Assembly (NCBI GenBank): GCA_963695345.1
Contig: OY968769.1
Span: forward strand, 992,001 to 1,056,000
Length of the DNA stretch: 64,000 nt
Source of the DNA: an uncultured Methanomassiliicoccales archaeon
GTDB taxonomy: Archaea > Thermoplasmatota > Thermoplasmata > Methanomassiliicoccales > UBA472
Reading direction: 5' to 3'
Shown in pieces: positions 22,139-33,659 of the stretch; position 1 is the first letter of the stretch; each line of letters begins with the position of its first letter. The notes under the pieces were generated by a model that saw only the letters and a program-made list of their open reading frames with translations, ran no database searches and was not told the origin of the DNA. A program made the position numbers and the translations under genes.

Positions 22139-22633
22139 CTACGCGGTGAACCACTGTTTGACGTTGGGCCGATACAGGTACCACACGATGATCAGGGGTA
22201 TGATTATGGATATCGCTACGGATACCAAGCTGGTGCCCCCAATGATTCCGATCACGTTCCCTATGATGGATAGGACCAGGAAGATGATGGCCAGGACCCT
22301 AGCCCAGTTCTTACCCTTTAGGAACGCCCACGCCAGAACAAATGAGATTATGGCCATGACCAGGAAGAACACGCCCAATACCCCGAAGAACGCAGGAGCA
22401 TTGTTGATGATCCAATCAGGCACCTCAGTGCCTATTCTGTCCCTAATTTCGGTAACGTTGATCAAGGCGGCAATGGCAAAGAACCCTAAAGCCAGGACCA
22501 ATTGGAACAAGCCTCCCAGTATCTCAAGGATGGCCAGTATGGTTACTCCTACAGGCCTATTCCTCACCGGTTGTTGGTATGGTTGGTACATGGGAGCGGT
22601 CGCAGGCGCCGGATACGGTTGATTTGCAGTCAT
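22139..22633 (-). CDS. Membrane protein with Pro/Gln/Tyr-rich N-terminus
   Basis: RPVGVTILAIL...KGKNWAR...YLYRPNVKQWF, four TM segments; start at MTANQPY. Confidence 0.8.
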   Translation of the reverse strand: MTANQPYPAPATAPMYQPYQQPVRNRPVGVTILAILEILGGLFQLVLALGFFAIAALINVTEIRDRIGTEVPDWIINNAPAFFGVLGVFFLVMAIISFVLAWAFLKGKNWARVLAIIFLVLSIIGNVIGIIGGTSLVSVAISIIIPLIIVWYLYRPNVKQWFTA

Positions 22634-22742
22634 GGGTATCGATTTGCATCCCCCTTCTATTTGGTAATTTTCCAGCCCATGGAAATCACCATTTTGGAAT
22701 CGAGACCGCCTTTCTTTACCGCCGGACTTCCAGGGAGGCTGC

Positions 22743-23768
22743 TCAGCGTCGTTTGCCCGGCAGTATGCTTCCAACCATGGCGATCATGGGGCCCACGATC
22801 AGACCTGCCCAGACGAAGAGACCGACGAGGCCGAAAACGAACAGTTCGATCCTTTTCCGTCGCGTAAGGATCTCCGGGCCAATGGCGATCCTGATCATGA
22901 ACCAGCCCAACAATAGCGGGACGATGATGAATATCATGGTCAACATCACCTCGGCGGCCAATCCTGTCTCTGAGATCGATATCAGCGTCTGGACGATCGT
23001 GTTGGAGGCCGTGCCTAGAAATAACAGCCCAGAAACCAGAGCGAAGATCTGGACGCCCTCCATTCGGTTAAGCTCCTTCCTTTTCCAAAGATATAGCCCG
23101 AGCAGTCCGACCAGGAACACGGCAACGATCGGGGCGAACACCTGGGCCAGTGATTGACCTTCCCATTGATAGACTTCTAGAAGACTGAAGGGAATTGTGA
23201 TGAACTCGGTCAGCGTGAACGATTCGATGAAGCCGACCGCAAGCCCGTAATCGCCATGAACTTGGGGAAGATCGATATCCTGGTAGACGACCACATAATA
23301 TCGACCTTCGGCGACGACCGGTTCATCGAACGTCGCCAGGTTCATGAACGTCCCGGGGGAGAACGGCTCATAGGTCGCACGGCTCGGAAAGGTACCATTT
23401 AACGTAAGCCATCCGTAGCCCGTCGGTATCTCCACGGAGGCGGGGAGGGTGCCGGTCTTATCCATGGAAGGCCCCAGAATAGCCATGTCTGGCCGGAACT
23501 CGGACCCCCTCTCGTGGGTCGGCACGATCAGATTGAGATAGAGCCGGTCACCCGCCTTCAGGTCGAGCGCGTAGTACTGATCGGTCCCTTCTTCCAGATG
23601 GCTGTATATCGCCCAGGACTTGGAGGGGTTCTCGACATGGGTGGCATTTTCCAAGCTGCTGTTGTCACCGGGAAAGGAAGGCGAGTGCGCGGACACCGAC
23701 ATGGAAAACATAGGCAGGGAAAATACCGCTAGGATCAGCAGGACTCTAACGAATACCGCTTTGCTCAT
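22743..23768 (-). CDS. Hypothetical protein: signal peptide, extracellular domain, C-terminal TM bundle
   Basis: Signal ending VSA|H, YEPFSP motif, about 5 C-terminal TM helices. Confidence 0.8.
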   Translation of the reverse strand: MSKAVFVRVLLILAVFSLPMFSMSVSAHSPSFPGDNSSLENATHVENPSKSWAIYSHLEEGTDQYYALDLKAGDRLYLNLIVPTHERGSEFRPDMAILGPSMDKTGTLPASVEIPTGYGWLTLNGTFPSRATYEPFSPGTFMNLATFDEPVVAEGRYYVVVYQDIDLPQVHGDYGLAVGFIESFTLTEFITIPFSLLEVYQWEGQSLAQVFAPIVAVFLVGLLGLYLWKRKELNRMEGVQIFALVSGLLFLGTASNTIVQTLISISETGLAAEVMLTMIFIIVPLLLGWFMIRIAIGPEILTRRKRIELFVFGLVGLFVWAGLIVGPMIAMVGSILPGKRR

Positions 23769-23886
23769 GCCCAATTAATTCGAGCGAGGGGTTCATCATT
23801 GTTTCGAAAAATGACAAAGATTACGATGTTAGATTTTTTGGAATCTATATTAAAATAAGATGAAAGTGTATACATATCGGGGCCTA

Positions 23887-24336
23887 ATGGAGATGAACAT
23901 CGAAATCGTTTTGGAGATATTGCTGGTCTGGTTTATCATAGGGATTGTGATCGGCGGTTGGATATCGATCGACACCTTTAGGAGAAAGGTCGAGGGGGCC
24001 AGGTGGGTCGCCGCCGGGGTTTTCCTAACAGTTATCGGGTTGGCGTTGTACATCTACATGCGCAAGAAGGCGATGGCGGTCAAGTCACCGGTGTTCCGTC
24101 CCGCTCCGGAATTTCATTATCCGGAAAAGACCGCGTCCGATGTGCCATCCGAACCTGCTACCCAGACCCCGATGGAACCGGCAATAACACCAGTGGGATG
24201 TTCGCCGTATGAGTCTTGGGCGCCGGTGATAAAGGACCAGATCGAGGGCCCCCCGCGCTGTCCTAAATGCGGATCAGCGGCGAGGACCATCGACGAGTTC
24301 TGCTCGGAATGCGGCGCCAGGTTGAAGGGACAGTAA
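23887..24336 (+). CDS. Membrane protein with C-terminal zinc ribbon
   Basis: Two N-terminal TMs, Pro-rich linker, CPKCG...FCSECG; exact start uncertain. Confidence 0.75.
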   Translation: MEMNIEIVLEILLVWFIIGIVIGGWISIDTFRRKVEGARWVAAGVFLTVIGLALYIYMRKKAMAVKSPVFRPAPEFHYPEKTASDVPSEPATQTPMEPAITPVGCSPYESWAPVIKDQIEGPPRCPKCGSAARTIDEFCSECGARLKGQ

Positions 24337-24369
24337 TCCTTTTTATCTGGACAGCTTAATCAGCGTACG

Positions 24370-25140
24370 ATGAAGGAAGGGCAGCTGGTCTACCTCTTGG
24401 ACGATAGGGGCCGAAAATACTGGACGAATGTCCGCCCGGAGATGCTGAAGATCCAGGGCCTGGGCGTGCTGGACGGCAGCAAGCTCCTGTCGCTCGAATC
24501 CGGCTCCAAGATCTCCTTCGCGGGGATCGAATTCTATGTGCTTGTCCCAGGCAACCCTGAGCTCATGGAATCGGTGGACCGCAGCGCCCAGGTCATCATC
24601 GCCAAGGATGCGGCGACCATCCTTTTCAATCTGGATGTCAAGAGCGGCGATACCGTTCTGGAGGCTGGACTGGGCTCAGCATCGCTTACCATGCCGCTGC
24701 TCAATGTCGTCAGACCGGCCGGGAAGGTCATCTCCGTTGAGCTTCGCGAGGACTTCGCGACCAAGGGGCGCAAGAACGTGGCGCGAGCCGGATTCCAGGA
24801 CAACTGGAGGCTGATGATCGGGGATGTAAGGAACATCGATGTCGGAGAGACGGTGGACTCGGTCATCCTGGACATGCCGAATCCCTGGGAAGCGGTGGAT
24901 AATGTTAAGCGATTCCTGAAGCCAGGGGGTAGATTCTGTGGATATGTCCCGAACACCAACCAATTGGAATCGACGGTGAGGAAGTTGCGCTCCTCCGGCT
25001 TCATCGAGGTCGTGGCGTTGGAGAACATCCAGCGGACCATGGAAGTACATGAGGGCGGAGTGAGGCCCTCGTTCGACATGCTGGGGCACACGGGATACCT
25101 GGTGTTCGGAAGACTGGCACCAGGCGGTCCAAAGGAATGA
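24370..25140 (+). CDS. trmI: tRNA (adenine-N1)-methyltransferase
   Basis: AQVIIAKDA, VLEAGLGSASLT, LDMPNPW, GHTGYL. Confidence 0.93.
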   Translation: MKEGQLVYLLDDRGRKYWTNVRPEMLKIQGLGVLDGSKLLSLESGSKISFAGIEFYVLVPGNPELMESVDRSAQVIIAKDAATILFNLDVKSGDTVLEAGLGSASLTMPLLNVVRPAGKVISVELREDFATKGRKNVARAGFQDNWRLMIGDVRNIDVGETVDSVILDMPNPWEAVDNVKRFLKPGGRFCGYVPNTNQLESTVRKLRSSGFIEVVALENIQRTMEVHEGGVRPSFDMLGHTGYLVFGRLAPGGPKE

Positions 25141-25163
25141 GAAATTGACGATCATAAAGGAGG

Positions 25164-25790
25164 GTGAAGATGACCGCCATCCCCGCCGATAGGCCAGAAC
25201 CGATCCCTCTGGAACTGGGGACCGTTGAGGAATGGAGAGAGTGGTTAAGCCGTAACCATCTCTCCTCGGAGGAAACCTGGCTGGTCCTGAGGAAGGGGAG
25301 GAAGAGCGGCACGGACCTGACCATGAGCAATGCCGTCGATGAGGCCATCTGCCATGGCTGGATCGACAGCAGGACCAAACGACTGGACGATAAACGGTAT
25401 CTGATCAGGTTCACTCCCAGGAAGAAAGTGACGAATTGGTCGGAACGGAACCTGGGCCGCGCCAGGGCGCTGATGGACAGCGGAAGGATGACGGCTGCCG
25501 GGATTTCCAAATTGCCGGCGGGCTTTCGGGAACAGGCGGGTAAGGACAACGAACGAGGGGATCCAATGGCGGGACGTTCACCGGACCTGGAGGCCACCCT
25601 GAGAAGAGACCCACAGCTCTGGAGGATCTATTCGGACCTGCCCCCGGGAAGGATGAGGGAGTTCAATCGCTGGGTCCTCCAGGCCAAACGGGACGATACC
25701 AGACAGAAGCGGATCCAGAGGACCGCCGAGCTCATCTGCATGGGGAGATCGTTGACCGAGGATATGATGGGCAGATATGCCAAGAGATGA
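25164..25790 (+). CDS. YdeI/OmpD-associated family protein
   Basis: WREWL..NH, AVDEAICHGWIDS, FTPRK..NWSERN, AKRDDTRQKRI. Confidence 0.88.
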   Translation: MKMTAIPADRPEPIPLELGTVEEWREWLSRNHLSSEETWLVLRKGRKSGTDLTMSNAVDEAICHGWIDSRTKRLDDKRYLIRFTPRKKVTNWSERNLGRARALMDSGRMTAAGISKLPAGFREQAGKDNERGDPMAGRSPDLEATLRRDPQLWRIYSDLPPGRMREFNRWVLQAKRDDTRQKRIQRTAELICMGRSLTEDMMGRYAKR

Positions 25791-25864
25791 ACGAGCATTA
25801 CTTTTTCCGTTCGGCCAGACCTATGGGGCAAAGCATATAACGGCCCGGCACTTTGCATAGGACG

Positions 25865-26518
25865 ATGAGCTTCGAATTTGCCATCACCGTTTTCGCCGCG
25901 ATATTCGCCATCGTGAACCCCATAGGCAACATCCCGGTATTCGTTGCCATCACCCAGGACTACTCGCTTGAACAGAAGAGACGGGTCATAAGGAAGGCGT
26001 GCATCGTCGCCGGGGGTGTCCTTCTGGCCTTCGGCATCTTCGGCAACTACATCTTTGCGATCTACGGGATTACGATCCCGGCCTTCAAGATCGCCGGAGG
26101 GATCCTGCTGTTCTCCATCGCCTTCAACATGACCCGCGGCTCGGTGGGCCGGGCCAAGATCACCGGGGAGGAGCACGAGGAAGCGCTGGAGAAGGAAGAG
26201 GTCGGAGTGGTCCCGCTCGGGATCCCGCTATTCGCGGGTCCAGGCGCCATCACCACGGTCATGATCTACATCTCCTTCGCAGCCACCTCGAACGATGTGG
26301 TGTTCGACCTGTCGGCGATATTCCTTTCGATCGTCATCACCATCATCGCCAGCTATTTCCTGCTCCGTTACGCGGAGCCGATCTTCTCCCGCATGGGTAA
26401 GAGCGGCGCCGGAGCGTTCACCAGGATCATGGGCCTGCTGCTGGCGGCGATCGCGGTGGAGTTCGTCATCACCGGCACCTTCAGCGCCATCGACTCGTAC
26501 TACCACATCGTCCACTAG
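25865..26518 (+). CDS. MarC family membrane protein
   Basis: NPIGNIPVF, AFKIAGGILL, VPLGIPLFAGPGAI, RIMGLLLAAIAV. Confidence 0.93.
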   Translation: MSFEFAITVFAAIFAIVNPIGNIPVFVAITQDYSLEQKRRVIRKACIVAGGVLLAFGIFGNYIFAIYGITIPAFKIAGGILLFSIAFNMTRGSVGRAKITGEEHEEALEKEEVGVVPLGIPLFAGPGAITTVMIYISFAATSNDVVFDLSAIFLSIVITIIASYFLLRYAEPIFSRMGKSGAGAFTRIMGLLLAAIAVEFVITGTFSAIDSYYHIVH

Positions 26519-26576
26519 ACAACGTGGCAGGGAGAAGATTATTAACCGGCAGTCGATACGAGAATCCGGTGCGTCA

Positions 26577-26819
26577 ATGGTCGTGGCAGAGATCCGGATA
26601 GAGCTCAAGCAGGGAGTGGCCGACCCCGAGGGCCAGAACACCAGGAAAGCGCTCGAACTGCTCGGTTTCAAGGGTATCAAGGGAGTACGTTCGATCAAGA
26701 TCTTCGAGGTCGAACTGGACCTGCCGGCCGATGAGGCGCAGAAGCAGGCCGAGGAGATGTGCCGCAAGCTCCTGGCCAACCCGGTCATCCAGAAATTCAA
26801 AGTCGAGATCAAGCAGTGA
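26577..26819 (+). CDS. purS: FGAM synthase subunit PurS
   Basis: [10 protein letters not shown]...[11 protein letters not shown]. Confidence 0.95.
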   Translation: MVVAEIRIELKQGVADPEGQNTRKALELLGFKGIKGVRSIKIFEVELDLPADEAQKQAEEMCRKLLANPVIQKFKVEIKQ

Positions 26820-26824
26820 GAACA

Positions 26825-29153
26825 ATGGCGATCGACCAGTTGCTGAAAAAGCGGGCGGTGCCGTTCGAGCTCTTCGACGTGGACATCTTCTCCGCCACCG
26901 ACGAGCAGCTCAAGGAACTGAGCACCAAGCTGGGGCTTAACCTGTCCGTGGATGAGATGAAGCGCGTCCGGGAGTATTTCCAGAACCGCGGAAGCATTCC
27001 TACCGACGTCGAGATCCAGTCCATCGCCCAGGCGTGGAGCGAGCACTGCTGTTACAAGAGTTCCAAGGTGTTCCTGCGGGAGCACATCTTCAACATCAAG
27101 CATCCAGACATCCTTTCCAAGGGCGACGCCGGGGTCATGGTGTTCGATGACGAGTACGGATACGCGCTGCGCATCGAATCGCACAACCACCCATCGGCCA
27201 TCGAACCGTACGGCGGCGCGGCCACCGGCATCGGCGGCATCGTCCGGGACGTCCTGTGCATGGGGGCCCAGCCGATCGCGCTGATCGACCCGCTGTTCTT
27301 CGGACCGATCGATTACAAGGGGGAGATGCCGGCCGGGTCCAAGTCACCGAAGTACCTGGTGGGCGGAGTGGTCGCCGGGATACGTGACTACGGCAACCGC
27401 ATCGGCATACCCTGCGTCTGCGGCGGGCTGTACTTTGACGAATCGTACGTGGGCAATTGCCTGGTCAATGTCGGATGCGTCGGCATCGTGAAGCGAAAGG
27501 ACCTGGTCAACAACGCCGTGAAGGGCACGGAGGACGTGCTCATCCTCGTCGGCGGCAAGACCGGCAGGGATGGGATCCATGGCGTCACCTTCGCCTCGGC
27601 GGAGCTCAAATCGACCTCCGAGGAGGAATCGAGGGGCGCGGTCCAGCTGGGCGACCCGATCACCAAGGAACCGCTCATTCACGCCTGTCTCGAGGTCAAC
27701 TCGAAAGGGCTCATCCACGGGATGAAGGACCTGGGCGGCGGCGGCCTCTCGTGCGTCGTGGGGGAGATGGCCCTGTCCGGGGGATGCGGCGCGGTCGTCG
27801 ATCTGGAACAGGTACCGCTCAAGGAGGCAGGGCGTGGCGCCGTGGGAGATGTGGGTCTCGGAATCGCAGGAAAGGATGATGCTGGCGGCGCCCGAGGAGA
27901 ACGTCCAGGACATCCTGGACATATTCGCCCTGTGGGACGTCAACGCCTCGGTCATCGGCCGGGTGGTGGAAGGCAACCACGTCAAACTCATCTATCATGG
28001 CGTGCAGGTCTTCGACATCGACCTGGAGTTCCTGACCAAGGGGCCGGAGTACTGCCGGCCCAGCAAGGTCTGCTCACCTTCCGCCGTGGTGCATTCCGTT
28101 CCCAAAGTGCCCGAGGACATGAACGATGTCCTGATGGCGCTGCTTTCCGAACCGAACATTGCCTCCAAGGAATGGGTCGTTAGGATGTACGACCATGAGG
28201 TCCGCGGCAACACCATCGTCAAGCCCATGCAGGGCAAGATGAACAAACGCGGACCGTCGGACGCAACCGTCCTCAAACCGCTGGAACACTCGTACCGGGG
28301 CCTGTCGCTGGCGATCGGGGTCAACCCCTGGTTCACTTCGCTGGACCCGTACAAGGGCGGGCAGGCATCGGTGGACGAGGCCTGCCGCAACATCGTGTCG
28401 GTCGGGGGAGTGCCCCATTCGCTCACCAACTGCCTGAACTTCGGGAACCCGGAGAAACCGGAAAGGCTGGGCGAACTGAAGGAGGCCGTCGCCGGCCTGG
28501 CGAACATCGCCATCGAACTGGGTCTGGCGGTCCCGTCCGGCAATGTCAGCCTGTACAACGAGACATCCAAGGGCCCTTGCCTCCCCACCGCCACGGTGCT
28601 CGGGCTGGGAATCGTCGAGGACGTCAGGAATGTCGTCACCACCGACCTGAAGCATGAGGGGAACCCGATCTTCCTGGTCGGCACGACCAAGGATGAGATG
28701 GGGGGATCGGCACTCTATCGCCGTTTCGGCGGAAAGGGCGGACTGGTCCCGAACGTCGACCCCAGACGGTTGAGGAGCTCGATCGGGCTGATGCACGACT
28801 GCATGAGGGACGGCATGGTCCGTTCCTGCCATGACCTTTCGGACGGCGGGTTCGCCGTGGCGATGGCGGAGATGTGCATAGCCGGCGACATCGGCGCCGA
28901 GATCGATGTCAGCTCCATGGGGGACATGCCTGACACGGTGCGTCTGTTCTCCGAGTCGAACACCCGCTGGATCGTGGAGATCGACAAGGGAAGGGAGAAG
29001 GAGTTCATCGACCACATGACCATCCCGATAGCGCGGCTCGGTCACGTGGGCGGCACGGAACTTAGGATCAAAGGCAAAGGCGCCCTGATATCGCGTTCGG
29101 TCGATTCGCTGAGGAAATGCTGGTCAGAGCCGTTGTGGAAGCTGTTGGGGTGA
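26825..29153 (+). CDS. purL: FGAM synthase subunit PurL (one frameshift near 27830)
   Basis: [31 protein letters not shown], then [15 protein letters not shown] and HDLSDGG in a second frame; extra G in GCAGGGCGT. Confidence 0.95.
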
Positions 29154-29157
29154 TTAA

Positions 29158-29997
29158 ATGAAAGCGGAAGAGGTCAAGGTCTGCGTCATCAGGATCGAGG
29201 GCACGAACTGCGAGGACGAATGCGCCCAGGCGTTCAGCTCGGTCGGCGCCAGTGCCGAAAAGGTTCACCTCAAGCAGTTGCTGGGCCAATGCCCGGGGGC
29301 GATGAGGCGGGACCTGAACGACTACCATATCCTGGCCTTCCCGGGCGGTTTCTCTGCAGGCGACTATGTTCGGGCGGGGGCGATCTTCGCGGCGCGGATG
29401 AAGTCCGGGCTGTCCAAGGACCTGGTCAGGTTCATCGAGTCCGGAAAGCCGGTCATCGGCATATGCAACGGGTTCCAGATCCTGGTGGAGCTGGGAGCGC
29501 TCCCGGCATTGGACGGGGAGGCGCTATCAGAGCAGCCAGAGGCGGCGCTCTACACCAACTCATCGGGGCGCTTCGAGTGCATCCCGACACTGCTGAAGCA
29601 CGAGAACCGGGGCAAATGTGTGTTCACCACCGACGTCCCGAAGCATGAGGTCGTCATGTTCCCCAGCGCCCACGCCGAGGGCAAGCTCATGTTCCCCAGG
29701 GAAACGGAGGATGCCATCCTTGATCGGATGGAGCAGAACGACCAGATCGTCTTCAAGTATGTGGACGAGAAGGGCGACTACGCCGGATATCCCTGGTGTC
29801 CCAACGGGTCGGTCAGGAACATCGCCGGCATAAGCAACGTGCACGGGAACGTGTTCGGGCTGATGCCGCATCCGGAAAGGGTGTTCGACCGTCTGACCCA
29901 CCCGGACTGGACCAGGACCGGGGACAACCCGGTGGCGTCCGGTGACGGGCGCGTGGTGTTCGAATCGGCGCTAAAGAACGTGCTGAAAAGGAACTGA
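29158..29997 (+). CDS. purQ: FGAM synthase glutaminase subunit PurQ
   Basis: GTNCE, PGGFSAGD, GICNGFQIL, MPHPER. Confidence 0.96.
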   Translation: MKAEEVKVCVIRIEGTNCEDECAQAFSSVGASAEKVHLKQLLGQCPGAMRRDLNDYHILAFPGGFSAGDYVRAGAIFAARMKSGLSKDLVRFIESGKPVIGICNGFQILVELGALPALDGEALSEQPEAALYTNSSGRFECIPTLLKHENRGKCVFTTDVPKHEVVMFPSAHAEGKLMFPRETEDAILDRMEQNDQIVFKYVDEKGDYAGYPWCPNGSVRNIAGISNVHGNVFGLMPHPERVFDRLTHPDWTRTGDNPVASGDGRVVFESALKNVLKRN

Positions 29998-30001
29998 ACG
30001 C

Positions 30002-30677
30002 TCAGATAAGCGATACTCTGACCTCGATCGGGTTGTTGTCATTGAGCCCGAGCGTGCGGCGCAGATGGTACTTGCACAGGATCTCCAGCACGTCGCTGTA
30101 GTGGGACCGGGACGGGATGACCACGGCGCACTCGATGTTCTGGATGGTGGCCAGATGGCACTGGACATCCCCGAACGTACGGCCGTTCCTTTCGAATCCC
30201 TTCACGATGAGGGCCTTGGTCTGCCTCAGGGTGTCCACCTTGTGCACCTCCGACGGGTTGACCTTGACGTTCAGGGTTCCCTCGTAGGGCGTGAAACCCA
30301 GCTTCTCGGTGAACTGCTCTATGATAGCCTGGCTGGGTCACGTAGTACTGGCCCTCTCCCATTCCGGTGATGACCGTTCCCTTGATGACCAGCTCGTCCT
30401 TCATCTCGAATATCCGCTGGTACTCGGTGTATTCCCTGCGCAGCATGTCGATGCCTTTGTCGGTCAACCGGATGCGCTGTCTGCGGGCCCCCAGGTCGCG
30501 GCTGATGAACCCCCCGTCCAGGAGTTCCAGTATCCGCTTGGACGCCGATTGCTGGCTCATGTCCAGCATCTCGCCCAGTTCTCGTGAAGATATCGCCACG
30601 TAATCATGCATTCCACCCATAAGGGCGATCCGCCTGAGAGCGAGTATGAACTTTTCGTCCGTCTCTTCTTCCACCAT
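30002..30677 (-). CDS. ribK: CTP-dependent riboflavin kinase with N-terminal wHTH (frameshift near 30323)
   Basis: SSRELG..SQQSASKR HTH, GMGEGQYYV, then LGFTPYEGTLNV and P.RSHY..VLEI in the shifted frame. Confidence 0.9.
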
Positions 30678-30846
30678 TACCACTCCAGATATGACGCCGA
30701 TCGGGCCGGCGTGAATTGGACGACCACCAATAAAATGTGTAGCTAATCAATCTTGTTGTTCACAGATTGATAAATGAGAATGAGGCTGACGATTGTTCGA
30801 GGGCATATTTTATTAGCTGGGGCATAATCGTGTGCCTAGTGAGAGC

Positions 30847-31665
30847 ATGGGAAGACATGTGATCGAGGCCCTTGGCAAGACGCGAGTAGTCATTGAGGAT
30901 GGAAAGGTGACGGAGGTCGGGAAGCCGGAAGTGGCATATTGTCCCCTTTTCGCCAAGCACCGCGGCATCCAACAGATCACTCCGGAAGTGGTCCGGGAGA
31001 ACGTCGAGTTCAGGATGAGGGATTTCGGCATGTGCACCGAGGCCCGCAAAATGCGGATGAAGGATTTCCTGTCGTTCGGCGTGTCCGAACTCCTGGGCAT
31101 GGCATTGTCCAAGGGAATGATCGATGCGGCGGTCATTGTCTGTGAGGGGGCCGGGACCGTTGTGGTCACCGACCCGGAGCTGGCACAGGGCATCGGAGGA
31201 AGGATCTCGGGCATACTGGAGACATCCCCGATCGAGAGCGTCATCCAAGCGATAGGCAGGGAAAGGGTGCTCGACCCGAAGACCGCCAAGATCGACCAGG
31301 TCGGCGGGGTGCAGAAGGCCCTCGACCTCGGTTTCAGGAGGATCGGGGTCTCGGTGGCGACCGGCAAGGACGCGGAGACCATCAGAAAGAAGTTGGAGAG
31401 CTCCGCGGTCATTTTTGCGGTGCATACCAGCAAGGTGTCGAGGAGCGACGCGATCAAGTTCCTGAAGAATTGCGACATCGTCACCGCCTGCGCTTCCAAG
31501 GAAGTGCGCAAGCTCATGTCCGAGGTCGATGTCATGAGATACGGCAACAAGGTCCCGATCTATGCCGTGACCGAAGCTGGCAAGAAGATCATGACTGCGC
31601 GGCTGGAACAGACCAAGGTCCCACCGGCCACCGGTCCCGAGGACCCGCCTAGGCCGCTCATCTAA
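30847..31665 (+). CDS. Methanogenesis marker protein 8 (DUF2099-like)
   Basis: HVIEALGKTRVVI, YCPLF, DFGMCT, VCEGAGTV, QGIGGRISG, TACASK. Confidence 0.88.
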   Translation: MGRHVIEALGKTRVVIEDGKVTEVGKPEVAYCPLFAKHRGIQQITPEVVRENVEFRMRDFGMCTEARKMRMKDFLSFGVSELLGMALSKGMIDAAVIVCEGAGTVVVTDPELAQGIGGRISGILETSPIESVIQAIGRERVLDPKTAKIDQVGGVQKALDLGFRRIGVSVATGKDAETIRKKLESSAVIFAVHTSKVSRSDAIKFLKNCDIVTACASKEVRKLMSEVDVMRYGNKVPIYAVTEAGKKIMTARLEQTKVPPATGPEDPPRPLI

Positions 31666-32024
31666 AGCTGGTCGTCTTCCAGATAGAGATGTGTGCGGGA
31701 ACGCAGGAAGATGCACTTGATGCCTGCCCGGCGCAGCTTCGCCCGCATCAGCGCGTCGTTGGTGACCACGAATGCGTTCAGGTCGATCGCGGCGGCGATG
31801 ATCCCCTCATCGCCCTGGATCGCCGTCTCGTAACGCTTGTACTTGCCAGCCAGCTGCAGCGCGACGTTCTTGAACTTGCTCTTGGACCGTTTCAGCTCGC
31901 CGATGGCCGGTCCAGGTACGTACGCCTCATAGGTGCCTAAAAGACGCTGGAGCTCAAGATCGACATTGATCTTGAACTCGAAAGGCATGAGAAGCGCGTT
32001 CGTATCGAGGACCACTTTCTGCAT
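31662..32024 (-). CDS. PIN-domain protein (Fcf1/Utp24-like)
   Basis: VVLDTNALL...VVTNDALM; conserved archaeal position downstream of aIF2-gamma. Confidence 0.88.
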   Translation of the reverse strand: MQKVVLDTNALLMPFEFKINVDLELQRLLGTYEAYVPGPAIGELKRSKSKFKNVALQLAGKYKRYETAIQGDEGIIAAAIDLNAFVVTNDALMRAKLRRAGIKCIFLRSRTHLYLEDDQL

Positions 32025-32030
32025 GAAGGC

Positions 32031-33267
32031 CTACTGGATGATGCCGAAGCCGATGAGGCGCCACTTGCCGGTGATCTTCCTCGAAACGGCTACCCGCTGA
32101 CCCTTCTCGGCGCAGACCGGTATCTTCAGCGCGACCTCGGACTCGCTTCCCCTGGCGGAAGTGACGACACCGACCGTGGTGGCCGTCCCGACGCTCAGCA
32201 TCAGCGGTTCGTTGGTCTTGATGTTCTCCACCGCCAGGTCCTCCGCCGCCCCGACCACGCGCTCCAGAAGGGTGGTGGTCATGACGATCTTGTGCAGCAC
32301 TGGCGGCAGCGTGCCTGGCTTCCCGACAACCCGTCCGGTGAGCCCGTCGGACTTGGTCAGGGCCGGGTCCAGCTTGGTCCCGATGGCGATGAGTCCGCCT
32401 GGCTTGGCCTTTTGCAGTTCAGTGCCGCCGGCGTGAAGTGATTCGATGGTGGTGATGATCTTTTCCCAGGCGACCTTGCCGCCGGTGAGCTCGACCTTGC
32501 GGCCGGGAGCGATCTCGATCTCCTCGCCGATCTCCAGCTTCCCGTGGATGATGCGATCCGCCGAGGACACCGCCCTTCAGCTCTTCCGGGGTGCTACCCG
32601 GCTGGTTGATATCGAATGAACGGGCCACGAACATCCTGGCCGGCCCCTTGCCTTCGTGCTTGGGGGTCGGGATGTACTTCTCGATGGCCTCGATGAGCTT
32701 GTCGATGTTGACATCGTGGTGCGCGGAGACAGGTATGATCGGCGCGTTCTCGGCGATGGTGCCCTTGACGAACGCCTTGATCTGCCTGTAGTTGTCCAGC
32801 GCCTCCTCCCTGGTGACGATGTCGATCTTGTTCTGGACGATGATGATGTTCTCGACGCCGATGATGGACAGCGCCATTAGGTGTTCTTTCGTCTGCGGCT
32901 GCGGGCAAGGCTCATTGGCCGCTACCAGCAACAGCGCCCCGTTCATCATGGCCGCGCCTGAAAGCATCGTCGCCATGAGCGTCTCGTGACCTGGTGCATC
33001 TACGAACGACACCGACCGCAGGAACTCGGCCTTTCCGCCGCATTCCTTGCATTCCGGTTTGCTCGTGTATGCCTTCGTGTCACCGCACTTGGGGCATTTG
33101 TAAAAAGATACGTCGGCGTATCCCAGCCTGATCGAGATTCCTCTCTTGATCTCTTCAGAATGACGGTCGGTCCACTCCCCGCTGAGCGCTTTGGTCAGCG
33201 TGGTCTTGCCATGGTCGACGTGACCGATCATGCCGATGTTGATCTCCGGCTGGTGGGCCACACTCAT
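32031..33267 (-). CDS. eif2g: Translation initiation factor 2 gamma subunit (frameshift near 32554)
   Basis: [29 protein letters not shown]-terminal WRLIGFG in a second frame. Confidence 0.95.
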
Positions 33268-33659
33268 TGCTTAGGCTCCTCTTTCTTTATGAGGTCCTCG
33301 ATGGGCTTGGAGCCCTGGGTCGAGATCTTCATGTTGAGCTGAACTGTGTCCGGAGCGATGGTGTTGCCCCTCATGGACTTGCGCCTCCTCAATCCGCCCT
33401 CGGTCGTCTGGAACCCAGTGCTCGTGGCGGTGAGCAGTCTCTTCCTCCTTGGTCCGGGGAGGTCCTTCCTCATCGGGAAGCCGTCCTTGTCACTTCCACC
33501 AGTGATCGCGAGCTTGTAGCCTGGAAGTCCAACGAAGATGCCGTCAACGACATCCCCGATCTTCTTCCCGATCAGGGAGTTGGCGTGGTGGCCGGTAACG
33601 GACACCTGGTACGACTTACCGTTCTTTCCATCATTAATAACGGCTTTAAATTCAACCAT
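33264..33659 (-). CDS. rps6e: 30S ribosomal protein S6e
   Basis: [22 protein letters not shown]. Confidence 0.96.
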   Translation of the reverse strand: MVEFKAVINDGKNGKSYQVSVTGHHANSLIGKKIGDVVDGIFVGLPGYKLAITGGSDKDGFPMRKDLPGPRRKRLLTATSTGFQTTEGGLRRRKSMRGNTIAPDTVQLNMKISTQGSKPIEDLIKKEEPKQ

